Assembly: GCA_020137815.1 (NCBI GenBank)
Contig: CM035355.1
Location: 6,262,001 to 6,326,000, forward strand
DNA: 64,000 bases
Direction of reading: 5' to 3'
From: Hormiphora californensis
Taxonomy: Eukaryota; Animalia; Ctenophora
Shown here one piece after another: positions 38,601 to 51,637 of this stretch; the first letter of the stretch is position 1, and every line of letters starts with the position of its first letter. A model generated the notes under the pieces. It worked only from the letters and a program-made list of their open reading frames with translations, was not told the DNA's origin and did no database searches. Both the position numbers and the translations under genes were made by a program.

Positions 38601-41428
38601 TCCGTAGGTATAATAGGCCGAGCTGTAAATATAGTTTCACATTAATTCCGAGTTAAAAAGGCTACGTCCCGACGTGAAATCGATATTCCCCCGAAAGTTC
38701 GGTTGAGAAAAGCCGATTAGGTCGTTTCAGAAAGATTCTGCACTATGAACTAAGGGTACGTTGGCCTTCTTTTCTCCTAGAAATTTAATTTCAATCACCC
38801 TGATATTTTGTCACAATATTTGTATGGTTACTCATTCGAGGAATCCGGAGTTTCAGCCCTCTGGATGAAAATTCATTTTTTTCGCCCGAATGAACATTTA
38901 ATGAACGCCAAAACGGGGCCATATTTTGGTACCAAAGTTTTACAAATTTGTTTGGCTATCGATTTTCTTTCGAACGCGACCAGTTTGAGCTTAATTGGAT
39001 CACCACAAGAATCACAGTGACCAGTTTACCTAGCCTAGGCTGGGTCATGTGATCCCCATCAAATTATGACGTGTTAGCAAGAGAACTTACATTCTAACGG
39101 ACGCTGTATCGGTATACCGTCCTAATTAGCAGATGTGATACGTGATACGCGACCGTTACACCTGCTTATTGGCACTTAGTAATGACGCTAGCGGTCCAAT
39201 AGGGGTCACTTGACCAGACCTAGTGTCGGAAAAGTGGCCACTGTGTCTCTTGTGGTAGTCCAATTGAGCTAAAATTAGTCGCGTTTGAAAGGAAATCGTT
39301 ACCCAAAGTCGACTGTGAAATTCCGGTTTGGAATACCTTTTTTGTTTTCAAGTTCATTTAGGATTCATTCCAGTCGTAAAAATGAATTTTTAGATAGAGA
39401 GCCGAAATTCTAGCTAACATCAATATCGATCAAGTGTAATGGCCTTAGGCTATAAGCATACTGATCGTGATGATCATAATCAGGTCAGTGTGCGGAGATT
39501 TTGATGGTCACCATCAAAGAAGCGCACACACTGATGGTTATCATCATGATGGAGGCTTGGTGCATCATGATGCTCTCAAACCATAGTGTGTTCACGTTTG
39601 ATCATCATAAACCATAGTGTGCGCAGGTTTGATCATCATAAACCATGCTCAACTTGTTGGAACTTGCCTTTTGATCATGATCATCATGACCAGTGTGCTC
39701 AGCATGATGATGCTATCTCCCCTTGCCTAGCCGCGCGCTCTGAGAGGCTGTTGCATATCACGTGACCTGTACAACAGCCTCTCGCGCGCGCGAAGTCGTA
39801 CCACGTGGTACATATCACATGACTACAGTGCAGTCCTCCATAAGAATAAGATCAGAACGTGCGCACACTAGGTGTTGATGATCATCATCCAACTTAAGAG
39901 ACGGCTCCAGGGCCAGCTCTTACGTGATGATCATAATGTTCCGCACACTGCAGTTTTTTGCAGATGATGATGATCAAAACCATGAGCACACTTCATCTTT
40001 TTAACTGATTATGATCATCACGATCAGTATGCTTATAGCCTTACGAATTTTTAGCGCCTGAATTTACCAATTTCAATCATTTATTTCACCAACTAAACTT
40101 GATTCATTTTTAATAAAAACTCGGATTGCCATTTATTATTGTTTACTCTAATGCATGGTTGCTATTTTTAATAATAAAATCGAATTTAACCATGAGAAAA
40201 CGTGGAAAAACCCGAAAAACGAGAAATTGGGTTCATTCATGAACTTCACACTTTTATGTTTTGAAACTCCGGATTCCTCGAATGAGTAACCATACAAATA
40301 TTGTGACAAAATATCAGAGTGATCGAAATTAAACTTCTGGGAGAAAAGAAGGCCAACGTACCCTTAGTTTTTTTTGGGCCGCGCGGTAGGTTAGAACTTT
40401 ACATACCAACGCACTCAGTAGCCCCTTCATCAGAGTATTGTCCCTCAGGACAGGGCTCACAAACATCTCCAACCTGTCTCATGTTAGCCCTACACATCAC
40501 ACACATCCCGAAGTCGTTACGGACAGTTCCTGGATTGCAATCCGAAAATACTGAGATATAAGAAGTATGTTAGTATATGGTTGAGGTAGACAGAACGTTT
40601 ATTAACAGTAAATCAAAGATAGATAGTAGATACGGGGTTTTTAAGATCTTCTCGGCTCTCACCCGCAGTTGAACATTCTAGGAACACATCATTCGAGTGG
40701 ACACAGGGCGAAAACACCTCGTCCTCAAAGGTCAACTTCCAGCATTCACTCTCGTGTATTGCCCCTTCCTCACAGTCAATCTGGTAGAGACCGATATCAC
40801 GTGCTGACTGTTGGTCAGGCCATTTCAAGCCTTTAGAAAAGGACAGGTGACTGGTATAACCCATGTCTTGACAGATAAGGTCGGCAGCGAGCTCATCAAA
40901 CCCATCCCCGCAGACTGTTTTGTCCTTATAGAGGAGTAAACCACTATGCTCAACCCGGAGCTCGGGGGTAATTACGTTTCCATTACTATCGACCAACGTA
41001 TAGAAACCTGGAAAATAAAATTGAATCAGAATATGTTTTTGGAGGCGTCTGCAGCTACTATTTTGGGCGATGTAACACTATTCCTAGAACAGAGTGATAT
41101 GGGCCGTTCAATGAATGGCCTTGGTGACATAGACACCAATGAATGGCCCATTATATCACAAAGATCTTTGTTGAGTAGGGGTGGAGGAGGCTCTAACAAT
41201 TCATTCTACTAGAATTTCTAGAATTTTTAGGATTATAATACTGAGCCTCAAGTTAACAAACGTGTGTAATCCTTTAATCCCCCAACGTTAAATATTGTTC
41301 AATAAATTAATACTAAGATCAATTATCAATAAACAAAAACCTGTTAGGTGGTCTGGCGGTGGAGGGCGCTGGGCGCTGGTCTGACAAACACCTAGAACAA
41401 CAAGGGCCACCAGACCAAGAACATTCAT
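32651..41428 (-). CDS. Mosaic matrix metalloproteinase (M10A): signal peptide, SRCR, Cys-rich repeats, prodomain, inserted beta-rich domain, furin site, catalytic domain, hemopexin-like domain; has frame lesions at ~35430-35760
   Basis: Exons 41428-41341, 41007-40663, 40550-40407, 38622-38029, 37870-37554, 37345-37144, 36984-36915, 36399-35549, ~35428-35305, 35079-34978, 34557-34361, 34182-34044, 33885-33465, 33285-33139, ~32803-32651. Motifs: YQKFSGFPETGEL...VTCGTPD (cysteine switch), RRRRKR, GKHADGLTFDGAG..GHAW..GEVHFND, HEIGHALGLTHS, AVM Met-turn. Confidence 0.88.
32934..33021. mobile_element. 88-bp element with 9-bp TSD (Mutator-like) in last MMP intron
   Basis: TIR TTGGTAACGAAATTACCCCT / AGGGGTAATTCCGTTACCAA; ATCGAAGAG on both sides. 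Confidence 0.8.
34608..34923. mobile_element. Palindromic element with internal TGTTACAAAG 10-mer arrays, copy 1 (MMP intron)
   Basis: G8-TGACACGTAACAC ... GTGTTACGTGTCA-C8; flanked by TAAATA on both sides. Confidence 0.85.
35102..35183. mobile_element. Small CAGTCGGACCCCGATTTA-family MITE in MMP intron
   Basis: AGTCGGACCCCGATTTAGTGGC / GCCACTAAATCGGGGTCCGACTG. Confidence 0.8.
38753..40364. mobile_element. 1.6-kb non-autonomous DNA transposon in MMP intron
   Basis: ~105-bp TIRs AGGGTACGTTGGCCTTCTTTTCTCC...GGAATCCGGAGTTTCA; TA flanks; no transposase ORF. Confidence 0.85.
39448..40040. mobile_element. PIF/Harbinger (Tourist-like) MITE nested in the previous element
   Basis: TTA|GGCTATAAGCATACTGATCGTGATGATCATAATCAG ... 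CTGATTATGATCATCACGATCAGTATGCTTATAGCC|TTA. Confidence 0.85.
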
Positions 41429-42600
41429 TGCAAGAATAGATTGAAGTGAGAATCAGGAATAAAACTAGCTCATTTTCTCTCTTCCTATGGGAGTCCCTCT
41501 CTCTATCTCTCTCTCTATTTCTCTCTCACTTTCTCTCCCTGAGGGAGTCCCTTTCTCTATCCCTCTAAATTTATTGGATTTACAAGTAATTACATTTAGA
41601 ATTCAGAGCTTTCTGCTGCTGCACTGCTGCATCGATACTCATACAGCAAATGCAATGCTAATCATTAATTCATTGCCTATTTCTCTCCTTTTCTGTAGGT
41701 GCATCTCATAGAAAATGATACCAATATATCACGGTCGCTTGTAGTGGGAAAACGGTAATGGAAAACGAAGATACAGTAAGACGACGCGCAACCGTGACCA
41801 ATCAGGGCGCTAGTACGTGCTGACACATGAACTTTTTGCCGCACGTTATGCACCGTGCGCGTCTTCTTACTGTATTTTGCGTTACCGTATTTTGACTGCA
41901 AGCAGCACTGTATCTCTGTTGTCTCAACCCCTCCACATAATATCAACAGTCAATGATGGCAATCACATTGAGTCATATTGAATCATATAAATGATTGATT
42001 TCCATGTTGGCACGTGGACTTTACCGTAAAACAATAATCCGAATAAATTAATCACAGAATAAAGAAAATAAAAGTCGCATACAGAACCAGTTCCAGTGGT
42101 CCACTCTGCATAAACATCAATTTATACAAGGAAGAAAGAGAGGAAGGGAGGGAGCGACAGAGTGGCAGAAAGGGGAGATCGAGAGATAGAGAGAGAGAGA
42201 GAGGGGGGATCGAAATTAGAGACGAGATCAGAGAGAAATATAGATTTTTAGAACTTTCTGACTATATTCTTGCTTACAGACAACATATCAACAACATAGC
42301 AAAGGTCCGGGATTTTTTTTACAAATACAGAATCTTCTTCCGCCCAATAAAACTCTAATATTGCTGCAGAGCCCTACAAACGTATATCTTGCAGAATTAC
42401 TTGCAAGGCAAATGACACGCCTTATCATGAACAGCTCTCCTCTAGTAAAGAGAAAGAAACTGCTGTGCCGTTTTCAGACACTATCAGTATCACTGACAAT
42501 TATATACTCATGCATGAAGCAAATTACCGAAGAATGTTGTCACTGTAGTTTTTAGGCCTTTAATTATTCCCCGTGGTTCAGTTATCAAGACCTGCTTATC

Positions 42601-42665
42601 CTGTATGGCGGCGCCATACCCCATTTGATTCTCAGTGCGCTCAGATGGGTCGCGGCGCCAGACAG
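42601..42665. mobile_element. ~65-bp mini-MITE with 8-bp TSD, copy 1
   Basis: CTGTATGGCG...CGCCAGACAG flanked by TGCTTATC. Confidence 0.8.
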
Positions 42666-43020
42666 TGCTTATCCAAGTTATATTCAATTATGAAGTTACT
42701 AAATATCCGGGTATTGTCAAAACTTGGAAGCTTTTGGAAGTTTTTCTTTACAATTACACACAGCTCAGAATCCTCAAATTACAATAAGGCGTTCCCTGTT
42801 GCCTCCCCTCTGAACTAGAGGGTAAGATCAGGGCTGGTGAAGTTTGAGTTTTGAAATTAGAAAACTCGATTAATGATGTGATCTGGCTCTGGGTATCACA
42901 TTTTCAACCTAGTTCTGAAGTCCGACGCCGACAGAAACAGTCTGACAAATGTGGCATGGGGAAGGAATTTTACTTTTGGGTCTAGCCGAGTGTGGAGAAA
43001 AGAAATAGGCATATATATGT

Positions 43021-45843
43021 AGTCAGTCAGTGAGTCAGTCATTGACTGACTGACTGACTGACTGACTGACTGACTGACTGACTGACTGACTGACTGACTG
43101 ACTGACTGACTGACTGACTGACTGACTAACTAACTGACTGACTGACTGACTGACTGACTGACTGACTCACTGACTGACTGACTGACTGACTGACTGACTG
43201 ACTGACTGACTGACTGACTGACTGACTGACTGACTGACTGACTGACTGACTGACTGACTGACTGACTGACTGACTGACTGACTGACTGACTGACTCACTG
43301 ACTCACTGACTGACTCACTGACTGACTGACTGACTGACTGACTGACTAACTGACTGACTGACTGACTGACTGACTGACTGACTGACTGACTGACTGACTG
43401 ACTGACTGACTGACTGACTGACTGACTGACTGACTGACTCACTCACTCACTGACTCACTGACTCACTGACTGACTGACTGACTGACTGACTGACTGACTC
43501 AATGACTGACTCACTGACTCACTGACTCACTGACTGACTCACTGACTGACTCACTGACTGACTCACTGACTCACTGACTCACTGACTCACTGACCCACTG
43601 ACTCACTGACTCACTGACTGACTGACTGACTGACTCACTGACTGACTCACTGACTGACTCACTGACTCACTGACTCACTGACTGACTCACTGACTGACTC
43701 ACTGACTGACTCACTGACTCACTGACTCACTGACTCACTGACTGACTGACTGACTGACTGACTGACTGACTGACTGACTGACTGACTGACTCACTGACTG
43801 ACTCACTGACTCACTGACTCACTGACTCACTGACTGACTCACTGACTGACTCACTGACTCACTGACTCACTGACTGACTCACTGACTGACTCACTCACTG
43901 ACTCACTGACTCACTGACTCACTGACTCACTGACCCACTCACTCACTCACTCACTCACTCACTCACTCACTCACTCACTCACTCACTCACTCACTCACTC
44001 ACTCACTCACTCACTCACTCACTCACTCACTGACTGACTGACTGATTATCAATGATAATCAGAGTGATAATATCATTAACTGACTGATTAACTGACTGAC
44101 TGACTGACTGATTATCAATGATAATCAGAGTGATAATATCATTAACTGACTGATTAACTGACTGACTGACTGACTGACTGACTGACTGACTGACTGACTG
44201 ACTGACTGACTGACTGACTGACTGACTGACTGACTGACTGACTGACTGACTGACTAACTAACTGACTGACTGACTGACTGACTGACTGACTGACTGACTG
44301 ACTGACTGACTGACTGACTGACTGACTGACTGACTGACTGACTGACTGACTGACTGACTGACTGACTGACTGACTGACTGACTCACTGACTGACTGACTC
44401 ACTGACTCACTGACTGACTCACTGACTGACTGACTGACTGACTGACTGACTAACTGACTGACTGACTGACTGACTGACTGACTGACTGACTGACTGACTG
44501 ACTGACTGACTGACTGACTGACTGACTGACTGACTGACTGACTGACTGACTGACTCACTCACTCACTGACTCACTGACTCACTGACTGACTGACTGACTG
44601 ACTGACTGACTGACTCAATGACTGACTCACTGACTCACTGACTCACTGACTGACTCACTGACTGACTCACTGACTCACTGACTCACTGACTCACTGACCC
44701 ACTGACTCACTGACTCACTGACTCACTGACTCACTGACTCACTGACTGACTCACTGACTGACTCACTGACTCACTGACTCACTGACTGACTCACTGACTG
44801 ACTCACTGACTGACTCACTGACTCACTGACTCACTGACTCACTGACTGACTGACTGACTGACTGACTGACTGACTGACTGACTGACTGACTCACTGACTG
44901 ACTCACTGACTCACTGACTCACTGACTCACTGACTGACTCACTGACTCACTGACTCACTGACTGACTCACTGACTGACTCACTCACTGACTCACTGACTC
45001 ACTGACTCACTGACTCACTGACCCACTCACTCACTCACTCACTCACTCACTCACTCACTCACTCACTCACTCACTCACTCACTCACTCACTCACTCACTC
45101 ACTCACTCACTCACTCACTCACTCACTCACTCACTCACTGACTGACTGATTATCAATGATAATCAGAGTGATAATATCATTAACTGACTGATTAACTGAC
45201 TGACTGACTGACTGATTATCAATGATAATCAGAGTGATAATATCATTAACTGACTGATTAACTGACTGACTGACTGACTGACTGACTGACTGACTGACTG
45301 ACTGACTGACTGACTGACTGACTGACTGACTGACTGACTGACTGACTGACTGACTGACTGACTGACTGACTGACTGACTGACTGACTGACTGACTGACTG
45401 ACTGACTGACTGACTGACTGACTGACTGACTGACTCAGACTGACTGACTGACTGACTGACTGACTGACTGACTGACTGACTGACTGACTGACTGACTGAC
45501 TGACTGACTGACTGACTGACTGACTGACTGACTGACTGACTGACTGACTGACTCAGACTGACTGACTGACTGACTGACTGACTGACTGACTGACTGACTG
45601 ACTGACTGACTGACTGACTGACTGACTGACTGACTGACTGACTGACTCAGACTGACTGACTGACTGACTGACTGACTGACTGACTGACTGACTGACTGAC
45701 TGACTGACTGACTGACTGACTGAATGACTGACCTGTCTGGCGCCGCGACCCATCTGAGCGCACTGAGAATCAAATTGGGGTCTGGCGCCGCCAGACAGTG
45801 ACTGACTGACTGACTGACTGACTGACTGACTGACTGACTGACT

Positions 45844-45879
<36 letters not shown>

Positions 45880-45925
45880 TACTGACTCAGTGACTCACTC
45901 ACTCACTCACTCACTAACTCACTCA
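43021..45925. repeat. 2.9-kb compound (CTGA)n/(CTCA)n tetranucleotide array with ~1.1-kb higher-order duplication
   Basis: Directly visible; the island GATTATCAATGATAATCAGAGTGATAATATC occurs as a pair at ~44044/44110 and again at ~45148/45214. Confidence 0.97.
45733..45798. mobile_element. ~65-bp mini-MITE, copy 2 (inverted), inserted in the CTGA array
   Basis: Near reverse complement of 42601-42665; TSD TGACTGAC. Confidence 0.8.
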
Positions 45926-47113
45926 ATGAATAAATCACTGAATGGCTAAGACAGTGACAGGTGACTCGCAGTCACAGTTCGAGGGTCAACGTAGCCTGAC
46001 TTGTTGTAACGCGCGAAATAATGCAACTTTATCAGCGAACTCGCCTGCGCGTGACCAAAAACGCGCGCGCTGCCAAAAGTAATGCATTTCAAATCATCAG
46101 ATTTCAACAATCAAAGTGCTTTTTAAAAATTAACTCCCTTTTCGCACGCGTTTTTTTGCTCGAGACAAGTGAGTAGTGACAACCCCCACTTGCACTCTCA
46201 TTGCGGTAAAAAATGCATATTTTATCACCAAAAAGAGTGTCATTTTCGGAGTCCGCAAAATTTTGGTTTGAAAATGTTGGTTGAAGGATCGAAGGATTGA
46301 GAGCCAATACAAAGTTCTGACTAGTGACTCGCAAATAAAATTGGCGATTAGCTAGCTACCAAGGGGGCCGGTAAACAGTTGGAAAATGCTGCCTTAATGA
46401 TAGTTAGTAACGGTAATCGGACGATTGCTCTAAACTTGCCCAGCTCAACGCCAGCTTTTACAAGTGTAATGGAGGGTAATAACGTAACAATTCTAATCGT
46501 ATGATACAGCGCCGCACTGAAAACGAGATTGCATTACGCTCGGTGCTCTCCTCAGCCCGGTGCACCTCTTCCACAACGGGGTCTACCGCTTAACCTATGA
46601 GCCCCTGATACACTGTACCATATAGGCCAATATTCTTTAGGTAGCTGCTGTTGTGCTATTAGCCTCGGCCTAGAAGCGTATATTAATGTACTTAATTTTT
46701 AACTATATTTTATACGTATAGTGTAAGAGCGGGAGAGTCATATATTTCCTTATATTGACTCGATATAAATTGTGAAGTTCATATTGGTGATTGGCTGTTG
46801 ACTCTGGTTATTATTATAAGCTCAGTTTTATTTTTTGAACACTGCAGATTCTGCTGTGCACTTTGCACCCAGTTTCGCGTGGGCACCTTGAGACTGAGAG
46901 TTCCCTGAAAATTCTGTGTCTTTGATTATGATTAATAGACAAGAAAAACTATGCCAAAATGAGGTGATTTTCGAAAATACGACTGAGTATTTTGTTAGTT
47001 TTTTGTCAACCACAAACGTGCATGCTCAGGTATTTCACTGTTGAATTCAAAAACAGTCTAGATTTTCAAGTAGTTAGACAATAACATCAACCCCATATCA
47101 TTTATCAGATACA

Positions 47114-49665
47114 ATGGCAGAGCGAAGTTTATCAGAGATGAGTTCCGATAATGAGGATTCAGGACAGCCTTGTTCTAACAAGCGAGTTCGCCTCTCCTCT
47201 GATTCGCATACCACCACCGACACCACCAATGGCACTCACAAAAACTCCATGGAGACAGAGTCTGACATGGAGTCTCAGTCGAGTAGCCACGACACAGATC
47301 AGGGGTTGAATGGTCATTGTGGACAACCCAATCTTCCTCTTGTTAACCCTGTGTTGTGGGTACAAAAACAGATTGCAGCGGGGGTAAACCCCATGTGTGT
47401 ACTTGTCAATATTCTTCCATCGAGTGTAACCCTCCCGGAGGGGCTGAGTGATCTAACTTTGTGGAGGATAGTGGTGGAAATTCTGTCAGACGTGCCGAAA
47501 AGGTCGAAACTCCCTCATATTAACACTCTTCACGACGCAGCGACCCTCCTGAAATCGTGTCGGAATATTGTGATTGTAACTGGTGCGGGTATATCGGTGT
47601 CCTGTGGTATCCCTGATTTCAGGTCTAAAGATGGGATCTACGCTCGACTTCAAGTTGACTACCCTGACCTACCAAATCCTCAAGCAATGTTTGACATTCA
47701 ATACTTCTCAGTGAACCCAAAACCTTTCTTCAAGTTTGCGGCGGAGATCTGGCCGGGTCAGTACACCCCATCTCCTTCACATTTCTTTATTAAAGCAATT
47801 GAGGAGCGAGGTGCGTTGTTACGGAACTATACTCAGAACATTGACACTTTGGAACACGTGTGTGGTATCAGGAATGTTATTCAGTGCCATGGCTCCTTTG
47901 CCACAGCGTCATGTAGGGTGTGCAGTAATCGGGTGGAGAGTCACGTGATCAAAGATGAGGTGATGAGCCAAACAATTCCACGATGCACAAAGTAAGAAGT
48001 AATTGGATGTATCCGTTGATTAATCACAGTTGTTTTTTAATATTAATATTTACTTTTCGTTACGGCAGAATGATTTCTTTGACATTTTCTTTGATTCGAA
48101 ATAACAAGTTTCTTCCCGCCAGGTGCCCGGAACCGACGCCCAACTCCATCCTAAAGCCAGATATCGTATTCTTTGGGGAGGGTCTTCCTGCGGAATTCCA
48201 CTCAGCGATAGAGGAGGATCGAATGAAAGTGGATCTGGTGATAGTAATGGGATCGTCACTAAAAGTGAAACCTGTAGCGCACATACCCAATCTCGTCCCG
48301 CCCGATATACCTCAGGTTGGAATTATGTTTGTTTAGTTGTTCAGTTTCTTCTTTTAGTTCAGAATTATTTATTGGCTGAAATTTTAAAAAGTGTCCATAT
48401 TACGCAAGTCCATATTTTGACTAAAAGTGAATATAAATGGGAATTTTTAAATTTAGGGCATGGGATCTTGACAAGCGTGACGAACTTAGTGCGAGTCGCA
48501 CTAATTTGGGTTGCTCAAATTATTAGTGAACGGAGGACTTCTGGAGCAATGTGTGTTCTGTAAGAGCCCAATTTTTTATCGGCCACTGCAGAGTGAAAAC
48601 TCTGGCTAAAAGTACTTGTATTGCACTCTAGATAGTAATGAAACCGTGACGTATATTTTGTAGATTGTGCACTGCAAAGACCATTGTAGAGTGCTAGGAT
48701 CTGTATAGTGCACTCTGGAGAGGGAAATGTAGGGAAATATATGCTGAGAGTATTACCAAAAATGGTAGAATGGTGAAACTATAATTAGTCTTCACATCGA
48801 AATTGTTCATAAAGTTATTAGCCTAACACCTTTCTCTCTCCCTACACAGATTCTGATAAATCGAGAACCGCTACCACAATTAAACTTCGATATTGAACTG
48901 TTAGGGGATTGCGATGTCATTGTCAGTGAGTTGTGTCGGCGCCTCCAATGGACCCTACCCTGCCAACTCGAGAACGAGAGTCCCCACACAACCATCCCGC
49001 CCTCTCGATACTTATTCCGGGGAGCTGAAGTTGAGGAACAACCACAGAGTTGTGGAGAGAGCATCTCAGAACCAGAATCTGAGTGTCCTAGTGTGGGCAC
49101 AACGGAGGGAGAAGATGACTCCGAGAATTACCTCGCTCAGATGAGATATGCTATTGGATCACATCCATTTAGTGAAAATCCAGGGCCAAGTAGAGTGGTA
49201 CCCGAGTGGGATAATACGAGTAATACGAGTTTAGCTCCACAAGTTGGCGATAGTAGGGAGCCTTCGCTGGAGAATATTAGTATTGGGAGCTGTGAGGATT
49301 TGATAGAAGAGATGGACTCTTCGAGACCATCTGGATCCGGCCTGGGTGGGACCCATCAGGATATGGACTCAAGGCCCTCGGGGTCCGGTCAGGGAATGGG
49401 ATCGGGGTCCGGTCAACCAATGGGGTCGGGTTCTGGTCAGCAAATGGACTCTGGGTCCGGTCAGAGTGGGCCAGCTCATCACTCGGGTGAAAGTCACCAA
49501 ATGGACTCGGGGTCTGGTCAGGGCGGAAGCCACCAAATGGACCAGGGTAGTAGTACCCAACATCGGATGGGCCAGGGACAGTGCTCAATGACAACCCAGC
49601 AGGGATCTGGGGTAGAAACGGGACAATCCTCAAGTGGCGGTGGCGATCAGCAGATGTCACTTTGA
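47114..49665 (+). CDS. SIRT1: NAD-dependent protein deacetylase sirtuin-1 (class Ia), 3 exons (47114-47991, 48123-48315, 48850-49665)
   Basis: [34 protein letters not shown]...CTKC zinc site, [31 protein letters not shown]; GT-AG phases compatible. Confidence 0.96.
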
Positions 49666-49669
49666 AAAC

Positions 49670-49742
<73 letters not shown>

Positions 49743-50208
49743 GAGAAAGAGAGTGTGTTTGTGAGTGTTTGTGTGTGTATGAGTATTGTTTGACAAAAAT
49801 TGTATATACAGAGTGTGTGACTGCTTCATATCTGAGTCTGCAGTGAAAGCAGAGTTTTATTATCAATTGACTCCACCCAAAATTAATCTTGTTTTATGTC
49901 ATCTTTCCGCCCCCCCCCTTCCCTTGTGTACCTCATAAAATGACAGCGAGCTTGCTGTTTGAGAGTTCGGCAGGGCAACCTCCGGCGCCCACTTCATATT
50001 ATCATTTCTTCTTCTCACGTAGTAGATCTATGTCCATCACCTATCTCAATCTCACTCTTAAATCACTTCATATCTGTCAGAAGTCAAATTGAAAACTTTT
50101 ATTAAACTTTATTTCCCTCTCTGTCTCAATCTTTCTCTAGCTCAATCTCTCTATATCTCTCCTCTCTCCCTTCGCTCTATAACAGATCTAACGATGTCCC
50201 TCTATTTA

Positions 50209-50533
50209 GGGGGGGGTGACACGTAACACTTTGTAACACTTTGTAACATGTAACGTGCACAAAATATTTTCTGCACATGTTACAAAGTGTTACATGTGTT
50301 ACAAAGTGTTACAAAGTGTTACAAAGTGTTACAAAATGTTGCAAAATGTTGCAAAAAGTTACAAAAAATGCCCATTTTGTAACATTTTGTAACACTTTGT
50401 AACATTTTGTAACACTTTGTAACATTTTGTAACATTTTGTAACACTTTGTAACACTTTGTAACATGTAACGTGCACAAAAAGTTTTCTGCACATGTTACA
50501 AAGTGTTACAAAGTGTTACGTGTCACCCCCCCC
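50209..50533. mobile_element. Palindromic TGTTACAAAG element, copy 2
   Basis: Near-identical to 34608-34923; flanked by TATTTA on both sides. Confidence 0.85.
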
Positions 50534-51637
50534 TATTTAGTATTGCAAGTATGGCGAGCGAACCACCACCATCATCAACAGAATCACATGGAGAAGGACT
50601 TCACCCCGAGAATCACCGTTCACAAATGAGGTATGTAGGGCGCGGGAACGGTAGAATAATGAGAGTATATCTGAGTGTCAGTTGTCAGCAGTAAGCTAGT
50701 GCGCGCCACTCTTCCCCCGCGCGCAGGGGCTATCACCAGAAATTGTATGGTGGCAGTGTACAACAATTTTGTACACATGTGGACTGCACGTGTCCAGTAG
50801 GGCAGAACAAGCAGCTCTAGTCTCTACATTAGTCATCTTGGAACATGTTTGGTTGGGGGCTATACCAAAAAGCTTTGCCGGTTACCAGCCATTAAATTGT
50901 GAATTAATAGCCGTTTTTAACGAAATAATAACAATAATAATATCAGCATTTGTATACACACTCAGAATCATACAGTCCATTTTCTAGTTTAAAAGTCTTT
51001 GACGCTCAACAATCGGTCACGGAACTTCAGTAGTCAGTAGTACTACCACTAATAAATACAGATCAGTCTTATTAGCAGGTTCATGTACTTTAATCTCCAT
51101 CATCTCCTCTGATTCCGAACTCCTGTTTCCCCGAAATACCAAAAACCCAACCTGAAATCAGGAATTGGTCAAGGTATGGCTTATTGATACTCACACCCAC
51201 ACTGGTGATGGTGCCGGGACCCTAATAGGTCTCTGTTACCATGTTACATCCATACTTACTGATACATAATACCTGTTTGTAGATGATCCAACCTAGCTCC
51301 ACGGTGTTTAGCATCTCCTTCTGTTGTATTCGGGTACAATTCGGTGTACGGATATCCGTAAACTAACAATTGTTTACTAAACCGTTTACAGTTACATTCG
51401 TACACACATGATACCAACGGTAAACAGTAGTCATCATGGTGTCCTGCTGCCTAGCAAAAGTGCCCCAACAAACAACTTTTACTTGACATTGCAGTAGCCG
51501 CATCACATATATCAGTGTCACAGTTTGTCATAGTTGTGTAGTCTGTCAACATGTTTAGTTTACGGTAAACTACAGGAGTGAGGGGTAAACTGTTTACCCC
51601 TCCCTCCTGTAGTCTCCTGCTTATAGATTTTACTTAC

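Noticed and set aside
43167-45773. SQSV-repeat ORFs
   Set aside because: Translations of the tetranucleotide microsatellite.
42601-45798. Single 3.2-kb transposon bounded by inverted 65-bp repeats
   Set aside because: Each 65-bp copy has its own TIRs and a different 8-bp TSD, so they are independent insertions.
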